Shown one piece after another: positions 47,301 to 64,000 of a stretch of 64,000 nt of DNA; the stretch's first letter is position 1; every line of letters begins with the position of its first letter. The position numbers were made by a program, and so were the translations under genes. This stretch comes from the human T2T-CHM13v2.0 reference genome, Homo sapiens, in assembly GCA_009914755.4 (NCBI GenBank), contig CP068257.2, positions 23,360,001-23,424,000 of the forward strand, read 5' to 3'. The notes under the pieces are model-generated. The model searched no databases. It was not told the origin of the DNA and was given only the letters and a program-made list of their open reading frames with translations.

Positions 47301-49692
47301 AACCCAATGAAACTAATAGACATATAGAGAACATTCCACCCAACAGCAACAGAATATACATTCTTCCAACGTGCACATGGAAAATTTTCCAGGATACATC
47401 AAATGATAGGTCACAAAAACAACCCTTAGCAAATTTAAGAACATTGAAATCTTACTAAGTACCTTTTCTGACTACAATAGAATTAAACTACAAATAAATA
47501 TCAGAAGAAAAGCCAGAAAAGTCACAAATATTTGGGAAATTTAAAAACACACTTTTGAGTAACCAATTGGTAAAAGAAAATCAAAAGTGCTATTAGAAAC
47601 TATTTTCAGCAAACAAAAATATAAACACAACATAGCAAAACTTATGGTACACAACAAAAGCAGTACTGGGAGAACATTTTATAGCAATAAATGTGTACAA
47701 TAATACAGAATAAAGACCTCAATAAACAACCTAACTTTCCATCTCAACAAACTAGAAATAGAAGAACAAGCTAAGCTCAAAAGTAGCAGAAGAAAGTAAA
47801 TAATAAATGTTAGAGGAGCAATAAGCGAAATAGAGACTAGGAAAAAATAGAAAAAAATAGTGAAACTAAAAATTGTAATTTTAAAAAGATCCAAAAATTG
47901 ACAAACCATTAGCTAAACTAAGAAAAAAGAGAGAATGCTCAGATAAATAAGATCAGAAATGAAAGAGGAACCATTATAAATGATGCCAAAGAAATACAAA
48001 GGGTAAGAAAAGACTTAATGAATAATTATACACCAACAAACCAGATAATCTAGAGAAAATAGATAATCCCTATAAATATACAACTTATCACAACTGAACC
48101 ATGAAAAAAACAGAATATCTGAAAAGGCCTATAACTATAACAAAATTCAATCTGTAAGTACAACCTCTCACAAAGAAAAGCCCGGGAAGAGATGGCTGCA
48201 ATGTAGAAATCTACAAAGCATTTAAAGACTTAATGTCAATCATTTTCAATTTCTTCAAAAAAGATTCAAGAGAAAACATTTACAAATTTATTTTATGAGT
48301 CCAGCATTACTTTGATTCTAAAGTCAGACAAAGACACTTCAAGGAAAGAAAGCTACAGGCAAATATGCCTGATGAATGTAGATGCACAAACCCTCAACAA
48401 AATACTAGCAAACTTAATTTAACAGCACATTGAAACAATCATACACAATGACCAAGTGATATTTATCTCTGGGATCCAAGGATGGATCAATATACACAAA
48501 TCAATAATGTGATTTACTACATTAACAGACTGAGGAATAAAAATCATATCCTTTAGTCAATAGATGCAGAAAAAGAATTTGACAAAATTCAACAATCACT
48601 CATGGTGAAAACCAAATCAGATATAGAAGGAACGTGCCTTAACTTCATAAAGGCCCATATCTGACAAGCCCACAGTTAACATCATACTCAGTGATAAAAA
48701 AACAAAAACTTTTCCTGTAAGATCAAGAGCAAGACAAGGATGCCCAGTCTCGCCACTTTTATTCAACATAGTACAGGAAGTCCTGGTTGGAATAATTAGG
48801 CAAGAAAAAGAAACAACAGACACCCAAATCAGGAAGAAACAAGCAAAATTATCTCTGTTTACAGATGACAGGAATTCATATGTAGAAAACCATAAAGAAT
48901 TTCCCCCAAAAAACCCTATTAGAACTAATAAGCAAATTCAGTAAAATTGCAGAATACAAAATCCACATATGAAATAATCAGTTGCATTTCTATACACTAA
49001 TAATGAACTATCCAAAAGAAAATTTTTTAAAAAATCTCATTTACAATGGAATCAAAAAGAAAAAGATAGGAATTAACTTATCTAGGGAGATAAAAGACAT
49101 ACATTGGAAAATAAACATTGATGAAAGAAATTAAAGAAGACACAAATAAATTGAAAGCCATCTTGTGTTTATGGATTACAAGAATTAATATTGTTTGAAT
49201 GTTCATACTACACAAAGGAATCTACAGATTCAATGAAATTCTTACCAAAATCCCAATGGCATTTTTTACAGATATGGAAAAATCAATTCTAAATTTATTT
49301 GGAATGACAAAAGACCTCAAGCAGTCAAAACAATCTTGAGAAAGTAGAAGAAAACTGAAGGCAACACACTTCCAAATTTCAAAATGTGTTACAAAACTAT
49401 GATAATTAAAATAGTATTGTGCTGGCATAAAGACAGACATACATTCAAGTGGAATAGAATAGAAAAACTAATGCATTTTTAAAAATTAATTGATTATGGA
49501 CAATAGTGCCAAGAATACACAATAGAGAAAATATAGTCTCCTCAACAAATGGTTTTGGAATAACTGGATATCTACTTGCAAAGAATGAAATTAGACCCTT
49601 ATCTTACTCCATACACAAAATCAACTCAAAATGGACTGAAGACCTAAAGATAAGACCTGAAACTATAGAACTCCTAAAAGAAAAGCATAAGG

Positions 49693-50048
<356 letters not shown>

Positions 50049-51336
50049 CTATGACACCAAAAGCATAGGCAACGAAAGCAAAAACAAACAATGGAACTAC
50101 ATCAAGCTAAAACATTTCTCCATAGCAAAGAAAACAATTAGCAGAGTGAAGAAACAACCTATGGAATAGGAGAATTTGCAAGCCATGCATATGAAAAGTG
50201 GTATATCCAAAATATATAAGAAATTCATTCAACTTCATAGCAATAAAACAAATAACCCAACTGAAAAATGAGGGAAGGACATGAATAGATCTCTCTCCAA
50301 AGAACATATACAAAGACCAACAGGTGTGTGGAAAGGTGCTAATATCACAAATTATCAGTGAAATGCAAATCCAAATTGCGATGATATATCACCTCACACC
50401 TATCAGAATGACTATTATCAAGAAAAAAAACACAAGACAATAAGGGTTGATGAAGATGTGGAGAAATTGGAATCTTTTTACACTCTTGGTAGAAGTGTGA
50501 AACGTTACTATGAAAACAGAATGGAGTTTCCTAAAAGAATGTATTAGAATTGAATTACCATATGATCCATCAATCTCACTGTAGGGATTGTATATCCCAA
50601 ATTGATATCCAGAAGAATTGTAATTAGGATATCAAAGAGATACTTGTACCCCGATGTTTGTTCCATTTACAATAGCCAAGATGTGGAAACAACCTAAATG
50701 TCCATCAAAGGATAAATGGATAAAGAAATGTGGTATATACACACAATGGAATATTATTCAACCTTACAAAAGGAAGAAATGCTGCAATATGCAACAACGT
50801 TGAAGCTAAGTGAAATAAGTCTGTCACAAGAAGATCAATACTGCATGATTCCAATTCTATAAGGTATCTAAAATAGCAAAACATAGAAGCAGAGAATAGA
50901 ATAGAATGGTGGTTGCCAGGGTCAGGGGATAGGGACAAATGGGAAACTGCTATTCGATGGGTATTAAGTTTCAGTTATGCAAAATGACTGAGTTCTTCAA
51001 ATCTGCTGTATAACATTGTGCCTGTGGTAACAATACTGTGTTCTACACTTAAGATTTTGTTGAGAGTAGGTCTTGTTTTAAGTGTTCCCAAGCATAATTT
51101 TAAAAGAAAGAAAGATGGCATCCATCAATCTCCAAAGTCTATCCTTCCACTTAGTGATCTAAAAGAAAGATGGATTGTATTCGCCACGATTGAAGCAGAA
51201 AAGTGTACAGGAAGATTTTAGTTAGCCTAACTGGATCCTTGTGCCCAATCTCTAAGCAATCATTTTTTCCATAGAGATACAATGTTATATGGGACAAGCC
51301 TAGGCCTCAACCCAATCTTGCTGCCAAGAAAAGTGA

Positions 51337-51739
<403 letters not shown>

Positions 51740-54280
51740 GCCTCCACTATTTATTAGACTTCAGTTGGAATTGCCAGAAATAACTAAATAAATGCCAATG
51801 TGTGCAACCAACACCATTAGAATTAGAAAAAGAAAATGAAAAAATTGGATTGGATAGAGAAAATTTTCATTTATTTTTACAGTCAGATGAGTATGAAGCA
51901 CTGAAAATCCAGAGGCACAAGTAAGAAGTAAAAAGAAAATTCAGGAGTTCAGAAAGGTACAAGAAGGCTGTTCAGTGTTGCCTATGTTGAAATACTGTCT
52001 CCAATTTTGGCAACAAGTAAAATGCTGATGGTTTTTATGAAATATCTTTATTAATTTTGTAGCCATAAACTTCATCTTTTCATAATTAAATCTAGTATTC
52101 CCACCCCTGTGGTCATACATCTCCTGGGAAACTAGTATATTCCTCAACAAATTCCAATCCTATATTAAGAAAAGTAAAAAGCAAAGAAGGAAAATAAAGA
52201 TATGCATATGTAACTATCTCAAATTTCATCTTCTGGCTGTCCTCTTTCCTAAGCATCTTCTAAAGTGTTATGGATTTAATGTCTCTTTTTAAGAGGTCTT
52301 TAAAACAGAATGAAACTTTAAAGCTCAATTTTGTGCCTTCTTGAAGCATAAAAATAATAAGCAGTTTTGCAAAAACACAGACTATGCTAGTTTTTATTTT
52401 TCTCTAAAGCATGTGGTAGAAAGAACCAACTTTCTTTGGAAATAAATGTTATATTTTGTTCCTTCATTTGTCAGCATGGTTTAGTGATTGTTTCGTTCAG
52501 GTTGTATGGGAAATCTCAAGGTGAGTTATCTCCAATCAAAGAAGTTGAAGTGACCTAAGCAAGAAAGCACATTTTGTGCCTTACAGTATACTCACTTGTC
52601 TCTTTAGGGAACTAACTACTCATTTCCTTGTGTTCTCAAAACGTGGCCATTTAAAGAAACTTAATTATAATAATTTTGTAAACATTTCCTTCCTCATGTA
52701 CTCATTAACTTAGATGGAATTGAAACTTTTTATAGATACCACTATGACTAGAGTCACACATATTACACATAAGTAATTACAAAGTTAAAGTTAGAACAAA
52801 AATAATATATTTATGACCACTTCATTTGCTGGTTAATTAGTGGAATTTGGAATCAGGTCAGGCTACAGAGCAATGGTGTACTAGCTAAATTTTTTAAAAA
52901 TAGTGTTTGAATTTCTTCAGATTCTAGAATTTTTTTATTTGTTTTAAGAGTGTTTAATGTGCAGGAACTATCTCATGTATTCCAGTCACTATTGCTTCAA
53001 AGAAAAAGAAAAGTATCTGCATTGATGGTCAAAACCAAAATTTTAAAAATAGAAGAAAAAATATATAAAATTGCTTGAGTGAGGGTACAATAGAATTAAT
53101 AGATTAATGAATGAACTAAAAACTACATTAATATATTAATATGTAAAATGAATCTATCTGTTAGCCCATTGTTAAAAAATGATTTTCTTCCTTTCGATTC
53201 TCTTCTTCCAGATTCTTTGTCTTTTTCTATGGACCAATTGTCATCTTTCCTAACAGAAGACTACGCATCCCTGTGATACCTCTCAGATGACAACAAAGTT
53301 CTGTAAGGTTTCTTGTGTGGAAATGACAGGACACATCCTCAAATCCTGCCAGCATTTGTTTAGTAAGAGTGCTGGATCATTTGAGGGTTACTTTTAAATT
53401 TCCTGAGCCAATGGTCCTCCTAAGCCAACTATTCATTCTGTGTAATGGCTGATGAAATTAACAAGGGACAAACCAAATCCCAATTGCCTATAGAGCGGTA
53501 CATCAAAGATATGCATATCCAAAACATAGATAAAATCATATATACTATCTTGTAGTGTGGTTTTTGTCTGGAGATGTTTTCATTTTTTACTCTTTCTAGA
53601 CCAATAAGCCACACAGAATGATTTACATTAGTGTTGATGGGCCAGATGGTTTTGAACAACATTGATACCATTTAATAGGCATAAGATATACTTTAGGTTT
53701 TATTTAATGTTTATGTCATCTTTATGTAACTATATTAGGGTAAATAAATGATAAATGCTTACAATTTTCAAGTAAATAGTAAAATAGTCAATAGTTCTTG
53801 GATATGCAATTGCAGTATTCCACAGTCAACAGAATCAGTATTAAAACCAGCTTAACTTCTATGACAAGCAAATATAAGTACCCTAGAAATATGTTGGCTT
53901 TCATAATGAAGCTATATTAATATACAACATTGAATGTATATTCTACAAATTGAAATTTTTAAAGAAATAAGCTGGCTGCATTTATAGATCTCCTAGGAGA
54001 CTTCCACTCCATGTGACCTTAGAGATCATCATTTTTATCATTTTACAGTGTAGCTTACCATCACATTTTAAAGCTCATTTACCATCACATTTAATTTAAT
54101 AAGAATAGTGTCTTTAAGTTGGATTTAATTATCCCAATGTTTCAAGTGATAAAATTGGGGATCTGAATTTTAAATAATTTGTTTCAGGACACAAAGATAC
54201 AAAGTGGCATGAGCCATGATTTAAACACAAGTGTGTTGTAGGAGACTGCATCGCACAAGGCGCTAAAGTGACCTGCATAA

Positions 54281-54601
<321 letters not shown>

Positions 54602-55655
54602 TAATTTTTTAGGCATTCACTCCACAAAGGGCTCACTGGCATTTTTCACAACACTGATTTGTTTTCTTGCAAAGATGTAGACATTCCTTTCTGCCACACA
54701 TCTATGGTCTACAATAAGAACCCAGTGTTTCTCCAGCATGGATAGAGTGAGGCTTGTAATTTCCTCTGTGAAGCAACTTAGCTGATGTGGAGGAATGGTT
54801 CTCAGCATACACTTGATTATTTTTCTTCATTTTCAAAGTCAAGCATATCTTTTGCAAAATGCTGCAGGCTTTTTGTTTGTTTGTTTGTTGTTTGTTTTGC
54901 TTTTTACTCTTGCCACAACACAAATGTTTTACTCCTTTTCTAACACAAATTTTCATTACCTACATCCAATGTACTGAAAGGCTTAAAAATGAAACACTGT
55001 CTAAGCCTTTGAGATATAAAATTGAATTAGATTTACACTACACAAAGCTGTCTCTCTATAGTCCACATAATCTCTCCCATCTCAAAAATTACATTGCTAA
55101 TATATATGAACTGAAAGAGAAGCCAATTCAGGAAGGAGCTGATTCAAGAAGTGCAAAGAGATAATCCCATTACAATGAGTTTTCAACTCAATTAAATAAG
55201 GCTCAAGAGACTGGGCAAATTATTGGGGCTATTCATATCATTTCATTAGAGCAAAATTTCACTGTAATGAAAAGAGAAGTTATTAGCTAGACCTTGAAAA
55301 GGCAATTCAAGATTATTTTTCTAATGTGATTTGACTTGTTTATAAGTATTTCTTAAAGCTAGTTTTATCTGTCATAGCTTATTATAAGAGGTTTCATTAT
55401 TGTTTTTCAAGAAATGCCAAATTGCTAAATCTCAATGGGGAGCTTCATGTGTATATGTCTGAAGAGCAAAGACTACATGCATTTTTATTTGTATGTATGT
55501 TAATAAACACCATTTTCTGAAAAATTACAGTTCAATAGACTATTCATAAAACATCAAAATTTTATCTCAGTGAATAAAATACTAAGTATTCAAATTATTA
55601 TACTTTATTCCAAAATTTCAACTAACAAAGATTTTCTGTTTATTAGCATTCTTAC

Positions 55656-55995
55656 TGATATGTATCTATTCGAGATGAAATTTGGGAAGAGGGAGGGAGC
55701 TGGTCGGAGGTGATAGGATCATGGGGTTGGTTTCCCCATGCTTTTCTTGTGATAGTGCGTGAGTTCTCACAAGAGCCGATGGCTTAAAAGTGTGTCACTT
55801 CCAATCTCTCTCTCTCTTGTGCATGCATGCATGCACACGTTCTCTCCTGCAACCTTAGGAAGAAAGTTCTTGCTTTCCCTTCACCTTCCACCATGATTGT
55901 AAGTTTCCTAAGGCCTCCCAAGCCATGGAGAACTGTGAGTCAATTAAACATTGTTCCTTTATAAATTATCCCATCTTAGAAGACACCCTGTCATC
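55656..55995 (+). mobile_element. MaLR (MST/THE1-like) solitary LTR with an internal deletion
   Basis: Starts 'tgatatg...', then 'gggagggagctggtcggaggtgataggatcatgggg...tcttgtgatagtgcgtgagttctcacaagagccgatggcttaaaagtgtg...ccttcaccttccaccatgattgtaagtttcctaaggcctcccaagccatggagaactgtgagtcaattaaacattgttcctttataaattatcccatc'. Confidence 0.65.
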
Positions 55996-56806
55996 CCATG
56001 TGAATGGAATTTATGCTCCTCCTTCTCTGTAGGCTGGGTCTTTGATTTGTCTGGCTTCCTTGGATGCAAATCCAGGACAGTCTGCCATCAACCCTGACAT
56101 TGGGATGGACTATAAAACAGTCTCTCTCCACAATTAATTCCAGTGTTCCAACATCACAAACTGGAGAATGACTATAGTAGCCTGATATTTTTCCTCCTAT
56201 GTGTATTCATTCCCTACAAATATTGATATCTTCTAAATAAACCGTAAAATTCTTTATATATAGCACATATATGACCCTTAGAAGTGTTTATTACAAGAAC
56301 TTAGGTGGAAGAGTGTGTATCAGTTTGTGCTAGCTGTTCCCACGTAGCAGCTCTTTTGTAAGGCACAAGGTAAGTAGCTAGATTTGTGTAACAGAACAGA
56401 ACGCCCAGAAACAGACTCAAGTCCATTCCATGTTTGAATTACACATAACATCAAAAAATATTTTAATTAGGAAGAAAGTGAGAGATGATTCAACAAACAG
56501 TGGCAGTACACTTGGTTGACTCTTGTAGACAGAAAAGCACAGTTCAGAGAAGGTTCTGGCGTCATTCTCAGCACAATGTGAGTCCTAGCTTTGTAACCTA
56601 GTAACTCAGTGACTTTTGGAAGATCATTTTAACTTATTCTGTTTCAGTTAGCTTGTCTTTAAAAGGAAAATAAGCCTACCAGCTGAAGACATTGGGAGAG
56701 TTTAACAGTATCATAAATACATACTACTTAGGAAAGCACTTGACCATAGTATAAATAAATGCCTAATAAATGTTAAATCTCATAATAATTAGAAATATTA
56801 AATCAT

Positions 56807-57115
<309 letters not shown>

Positions 57116-58565
57116 TCATTAACTCACTAGATGAATTGCAGTTAAATGTAAATGTATAAGGCAATAAAATAAAATAATGTTTTAGCCTAGGGTAAATATC
57201 TTTCTAAATATGGTATGAAAAGCTGGAAACTAGGGGAAAAAAGGGTAAAAAGTACCTTCTTAGTGTTTTTTAGATTATTTTTGACAAAATACACATAAAG
57301 GTCTTAGTAGATTATGTGCAGTGGGGTGTATTCAATAAGTATTAGCTTAAATATAATTTGTGGAAACTGGGAGGGACAAATAAGGGACATTGGAGATAAT
57401 AAGACAAATAAAACCAAATTGAAGTCTTTTACAACCTATTAAAGATAGTGTATCATATAGGGAACATATGGGGCTCTACAATTGAAGTACCAAATAACAA
57501 TATATGCACTGTGGTCCCAAATTGTAAATTTCTATATTTGTATGTGAATGTGTCTGTTTGCATGTGGGTGTGTGTATGCCCACAAGGAGGGACAGATCTA
57601 AGAATATATTTAAAATATTGTTAATAATTTTCTCTAGTAGAATTACGGATATCTTTAATGACTTCTTTATATTTTAGAGTTTCTCTAATTTTCTACTGTG
57701 GATAAATATTATTTGCATAACGAGAAAAGTAATCTTAAGCTAAAATAGCAAATGTCTTTCGAAAAGCAATGAGAGAATATAATCCAGTTGAAGAAAACTG
57801 TTAAGGCATTTATTAAAGTTCAGATAAACTTGTCACATGGGGAACAATGTCTCAGATGTTATCCTATTTGCAGCCTAACAAGACAGCCTGTCATATTTTC
57901 ATAGATCCTGGCAGAAAGATGTGAAGTTTCTGGGTCAGTTTGTTACACACAGCTATAGCAGGATTCAGAGTAACATTTTGCCCTTATTTGCTGAGCCCCA
58001 ATTCCCACAGGGCAACATGATGAGGGTCAGGTGTTTCCTACTTACAGTGGGATGAATTACAGAACACTGATATTAGGAAGTCCATGATCTTATATAGATA
58101 CTGCCTTGCAAATTGGCCCAACCTCCTCTCCAGAGAGAGACATTACCTTTATGAACCTGGAATTTAAATCTGCTCCAGGGAGGAGAACATCCTCACCTTT
58201 CAAGACTATTTGCTTTTACAAGCATCTTGCAAAGAAAATCTAGAGAAAATTGGCTGATAATGGCTTTGTTCAGAAAATTAGACTTGCAGAAATGTGAGAG
58301 ATCACAAGAGAATTGTCTCCCAACAAAACCATCTCGCTAATTTGTAAAGACATGCAAAGTGAGTCTAGTTGAAGGTGTAAATCCAATATAGCACTTTATA
58401 TTTAGAAATTGCTATTTTGGACTGAAGCCTATTCAGTCTTTGATAGCGTATATTTTTCTGGTTAGCTTCCTTTTAGCCTACTTTTCCCCATAATTTACCT
58501 GTTCATGAGAAATACTACAAATGTTTGAGTTGATAGTCTGGTTTTAATACATATCTTTATTATGA

Positions 58566-59242
<677 letters not shown>

Positions 59243-59414
59243 TGAGGGGGTTTTTTTTGTTTTTTTTTTTTTGTTTTTTATGTAAAAGGAAACTATAGCA
59301 AACGACTATTTCTGGAAATCCATAGAAACAAAAAAGAGTTGCTGGCCAGATTTACTAAAGGTTCTATATGTCTTTATCAGCTTTCTTTATTTTACTGCTC
59401 ACTCTTGTCCACAG

Positions 59415-59500
59415 GCATTCATAAAGCTTTATCTAGACAAATTCACAAAGACAGCAACAATAATGATGCTGCCGTGGAAAAGGCCAAAGGTAAAGAAGAG
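59415..59500 (+). other. Exon-like segment: polypyrimidine tract and 'cacag' acceptor upstream, AG|GTAAGA donor downstream, two open frames. Hypothetical.
   Basis: 'tttctttattttactgctcactcttgtccacag|GCATTC...GGTAAAGAAGAG|gtaagaaaag'. There is no homology support. Confidence 0.15.
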
Positions 59501-60954
59501 GTAAGAAAAGCAAAGCTTTGATATATTATGCTAAGTGTAAAAGACTGGTTTCATTGTTGTTTTGCTCTTCATTTCAAAACTGCACACCCTACAATAATTT
59601 TAGGTGAAAAATCAATACGGATAAAAAACAAAACTACTTTTTTAAAACCTTTGTGCCTGTAATTTTTTATTATTCTTTCAAAAATAAATATATGCTTGAC
59701 CCCTGCCCACTGGAAGTCACGGAATTTCACCTTCATTGGTAATTTGTAGATACAAGAGTTAGCTGACTGCAGAGAGCATTTTCACCCTGATGTGACAGGG
59801 ATTTATAAATGTATTATGAAATATCAGCCACGGGTGATATTCACTAAGGAGGAACTATGAGCTATTCACTAAGGAGGAACTATAAGCTAATTTTTGTGAA
59901 TACAAACAGGTTTTCTTATAGTCAATTGGAGAGAAGGAAAAAAGTAGTGGCAATACTTCAGGAAAAGAACTGTGTATAACTTGAGCCAGAAGCTGATTTC
60001 AGAGGAAGTGAGTAGCAGAGCACAGCATGACACTCTGAAGGCTTAAATGCAAAGCATTCATCTGAGTTCCCGGAAGACCAGAAAGTCAACCTTCTTGACA
60101 TCAGCCTATCCTGGAAGCAGAGTGAGCAGAAAAAGGCCTAGGGTTGGTGTTTATATTAACAAAGTGACTCCTTCTTTCTCCAGGAACCATTAGCCATGCT
60201 AGTAGATAGTTAAAGGAGTGGGTTTGGGCAAGATTCTTACTTCCCACAAGCAACTATGCATGATACTAGATTTACTTGTTTCCTGTAACTTCAAGTTGAG
60301 AGTGTATATAAGGGAGGAGCATTAGAATGTCCAGATTGTATTTTTCTGAGATATTATGAATATAGCTATGAAAAAGTGTCTCCCAATCACCTATGTGTGT
60401 ATTAACAAAGCCATATTTTGAGGCACTAAAATAATAACAATTATAGAGTCACTAAAAGAATAATTCAATCCTCCTGCCTCTCTCTTTAGTGACAGATTTT
60501 CTTTCAATGTGTCTCTCCTTCTCCTATCCCTCAGTCTGCAATCAAGCTTCCTTCAGAAAACATTTTAAAGATTCATTTAATACGTCATGAAAAAAAATGA
60601 GTGGGTGTTTTCCTGTTCAAGAAAGACTAAAATTTCTGCATTTATAAACTTTAAGTGTCTTAATAGAAATTATAGAAACATAAGTAATTATCCAAACTTT
60701 ATTTATACATTGATTTTTTAAAGCAGACATGACCTTAAGATTCTGGCGGAAGTATGGCAAGATTTTATTTATTTATTGACATATGCACTTCAATGTCCAT
60801 TTTATTCCCTCTCTTCCCTTTGGTTCTCTTAGATATTTCTGTTCCCAGAATTCAGGTGCAGCCCCTGGTGACTAACTGGTAAATTCACTTCAAACATGGA
60901 GCAAATGAGGGAGAAACACCAAAATCACCGACCTCCTTTCAGAATTTCTTCTTG

Positions 60955-61133
<179 letters not shown>

Positions 61134-61745
61134 TAGGTTTCCTCTTTCTAGCCTGTTTGAACGTCTTCATACCTCTACATCAACCCACCACTGTAGAAAT
61201 TCCAAGTAGGAGTCATTTTTCTCTATTGTTTTTGCATTCATCTCAACGAATAGGCTATTTCTTTCTGGCTTAAATATTCTTTAATTCAGCCTCAAGGTTT
61301 TGCTAATTATATTCATCTAATCGAATAAATTTATTGAACAATAGCTGTGCATCTTTCATTACACCAGACATTGCATTCATTCTTCAAAATTATACCTCTC
61401 TCTGCATACCCTCCCCTAAAAATTATCTCTCTCTTGAAAACTATATATCCCTGGAAATAGTGTGCATATATGTAACATATATTTTACATACATAAAACAT
61501 ATGTCACATATATGTGCAAATTCTTGTTCAGAATTTCCAGCTCTCTATTGCACATCTTGCTTATCTCAAATTCAATGGCTCAAAACTAAACTTATCATTA
61601 TTCTATCAACCCAACTTCTCCCCATGACCCCATGACTTTTTATCTCTGTAATGGTACTGTCATCATTCCATAGACAAGGATTTGAAATTTTAAGTGTCTT
61701 GAATTTTTCTTTCTTTATTTCCATAGGCAGTCAGTTGCTGATTAA

Positions 61746-61746
<1 letters not shown>

Positions 61747-61776
<30 letters not shown>
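61747..61776. repeat. (CA)n microsatellite
   Basis: 15 consecutive CA dinucleotides. Confidence 0.9.
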
Positions 61777-61777
<1 letters not shown>

Positions 61778-64000
61778 CTGCACACAGGCATATACATGCA
61801 CATGTGCATTTCAAATATTGTTTAAATCTGTCCTCTTCTTTCCATTCTGTGGTAAATATGTTACAAAAATGGTCCAAGTTCTTTATCCTTCCCTGCATCA
61901 TGTTTTTCTTCTTGTGGTTGTGAGGTCTCTGACTCAGGTTGGTCATGGGACTCGCTTTGTCCAGTGAGAAGTTAGCAGATTGGGACTTAAATGGTTTTTA
62001 AAAAGTACTTGTGATTTTCCACTTTGCTCTTGTCCTTGTGCCACTGGCATGAGAAGTGCCAAGTCTAGCCTGGGAGAGGATGTGAGGTTTGTGACTCCCC
62101 ATCAGGTTGCCCTAGTTATTGCAGTGAAGGCCATCCCAGAGCAGCATCAGCCAGGTGGTCACAAGACATGTGAGTGGTCCCAGCCAAGATCAAGGGAGCT
62201 GAAGAGTCACCTGGCTAGTCAGTTGATGAAAATAAACAGTTCGTATATCATTTTGTGATCATTTGTAACAACTAATAATCTATATACTTTCATTCTACCA
62301 TGACTTAATATAGGGCTTTACTATATTGACCTAGGCTATTACAGCATTCATATGCAAACTAACCTTTTACCGAACATTCTTCCTCTAATTCACCTTTCCC
62401 AATACTGGTGGTTCATTTTTCCTTTTAGATAATAAATAATAAGATATTCCTTCTTAAAATCCTAAACTAATACTCTCTTGCCTATCAAGTCAATCCAAAT
62501 TCCCTACCCTTGGCATTAAAGGCCTTTTGACACTACCTCTCAATGGATCATTATTTGTAGCATTTCTTCTATGCAGAACACACTTCCTCCTCCACCACCA
62601 TGTTTACAAATAACACCCACCCTTCACGGCAGAATTGAAATCCCACTTTCTTCTTGGTTAACCAGCCAAGAGTGATTTCTTTCTTTTCTGATCTAACTTT
62701 TTTCTTTATACATGCCTTACAGCATTGACCACATTCTGATTTATAAAATAATTGACACGGCACAAGTCTTATCTCACTTTATATCCTGATTTATACTTAA
62801 GGGCAGAGATCTGAGCCATCCTTTACTCTTCCTCAGCTACTCTTTCTGTATGTTCCTTTCTGTATCTTGTCATGACTACTACTGCACCCCCTCCATAACT
62901 TCAAGCTTCCCAGTCTCCAAGCACTAGCTCCTCTCTCCTCCCAGATCTCAACAATTCCTCCATCTCATCAGAACTTTCAATTCTATACTCCTATACCTTT
63001 TCAATGCCCAGTACCATCTTTTTATGACTCAATCAGGATGACATGATTCATTATACACTCTTGCATTTTACTCTCTGTTCCCTTGGACTTCTCCCTCTCT
63101 TTTAATCACCAGATAAAACTACAGTTCAGAGTAAATAAAATTATTTGCCTTTTCTACACTGGCACTTTTGCAGCTGCATGTGACTAAAGAAAATTATACA
63201 ACCATGTTGATTAATCTCACTTTAAGTTTATAACCAAAAACTTCAATCTCTCCTTTAGTGCTGCATGACAAACCATTATTTTCCTCTTGGCCAGTCATTT
63301 AATTTTAAGTAACAAAATCATAACATTCTCTCTTTTTCTAATCATCCCAACATTCTTTTTCTCTTCCTCATCATCAACTATTAGCCTTGTTTTTTATCTA
63401 CTGGGAAAACAGAGGCAATCATAAATGAATTTCCAAATACTTTTGCTTCCATTTCATCAATGTATTTTTATTTGCACCATATATTTTGTCAATGGATTAC
63501 ATTCCTATCTAAGGAAACACCCTTTCTATATCTATTCTATGGAACCCCTTCTCTCCTACTCAAGTCAATCCTGCAAGTAATCCTTATATTTTCTATATCA
63601 TTAATTTTTCCCATTCTACCAGATTAATGCTATCTGCATATAATGCTTCAATATTGCCCATCTTGAAAAGAAATGATTTTACTATGATTTTTTCAAGAGG
63701 CCTTCTTCAGTTCTTTGCTTCCCTATACAGATAAACTCCTCTGCTCTGCCCCTTTTTAAATTCTAATTTCTACCAGCAGTTTTTAAAAATCTCTCTGCCT
63801 TTATCTGAAAAAATGTGCATAATTGCAGCATTTAGCTCTAAGAAGTGCTGTGAGGAATAACTGAATTCATTCAAGAAAACTATTCACAGTATGGTTGGTA
63901 GGTACATAGATCAATTAATTAGATAATCTATAAATGACCTTTTTAAAATATAAAGGCAGATAATAATGTTATTATTATATATATAATAATGTTGTTAGAT

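Noticed and set aside
61980-62258. 92-codon plus-strand ORF ('MGLKWFLKSTCDFPLCSCPCATGMRSAKSSLGEDVRFVTPHQVALVIAVKAIPEQHQPGGHKTCEWSQPRSRELKSHLASQLMKINSSYIIL')
   Set aside because: It is isolated, with no flanking splice signals that I could pair. I recognise no motif, and a 92-codon open frame is within chance expectation for this GC-moderate patch.
62560-63750. Possible ancient repeat near the 3' end of the window, rich in 'ctcc/cttc' motifs
   Set aside because: It has a repeat-like texture but I have no confident family assignment. Calling it would be guesswork.

Overview
This window is primate (almost certainly human) nuclear DNA, not prokaryotic. It is AT-rich and densely packed with interspersed repeats. 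I count 17 Alu SINEs, most with recognisable poly-A tails and several with target-site duplications. There is one young 5'-truncated L1PA on the minus strand at 32012-33353 with ORF2 C-terminal reading frames still open. An old, decayed L1 spanning ORF2 to the 3'UTR lies at about 46545-51115 and carries nested insertions. Other ancient L1 pieces cover the ORF1 region at about 17160-18760 and 3'UTR fragments at about 10000-10290 and 21335-22060. MaLR/ERVL-type LTRs of the THE1/MST and MLT types occur throughout. An ERVL (HERV-L-like) internal pol remnant at about 23290-25420 encodes recognisable RNase H, integrase and dUTPase motifs. Simple-sequence tracts are common. I found no CRISPR array, operon, tRNA or rRNA, prokaryotic defence system, CpG-island promoter, or convincing cellular protein-coding gene. 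Every ORF in the supplied track is either a read-through of Alu, L1 or LTR sequence, or lies in GC-rich or low-complexity repeat. The segments most worth a second look are a GC-rich degenerate tandem array at about 22080-22990, a roughly 170-bp local duplication at 8779-8946 and 9449-9650, the ERVL pol remnant with its dUTPase motif, two young-looking AluY-like insertions with intact target-site duplications, and a splice-site-flanked exon-like segment at 59415-59500. Coordinates are hand-counted and should be treated as accurate to about 10 bp. Family names rest on my recall of consensus sequences, not on a database search.
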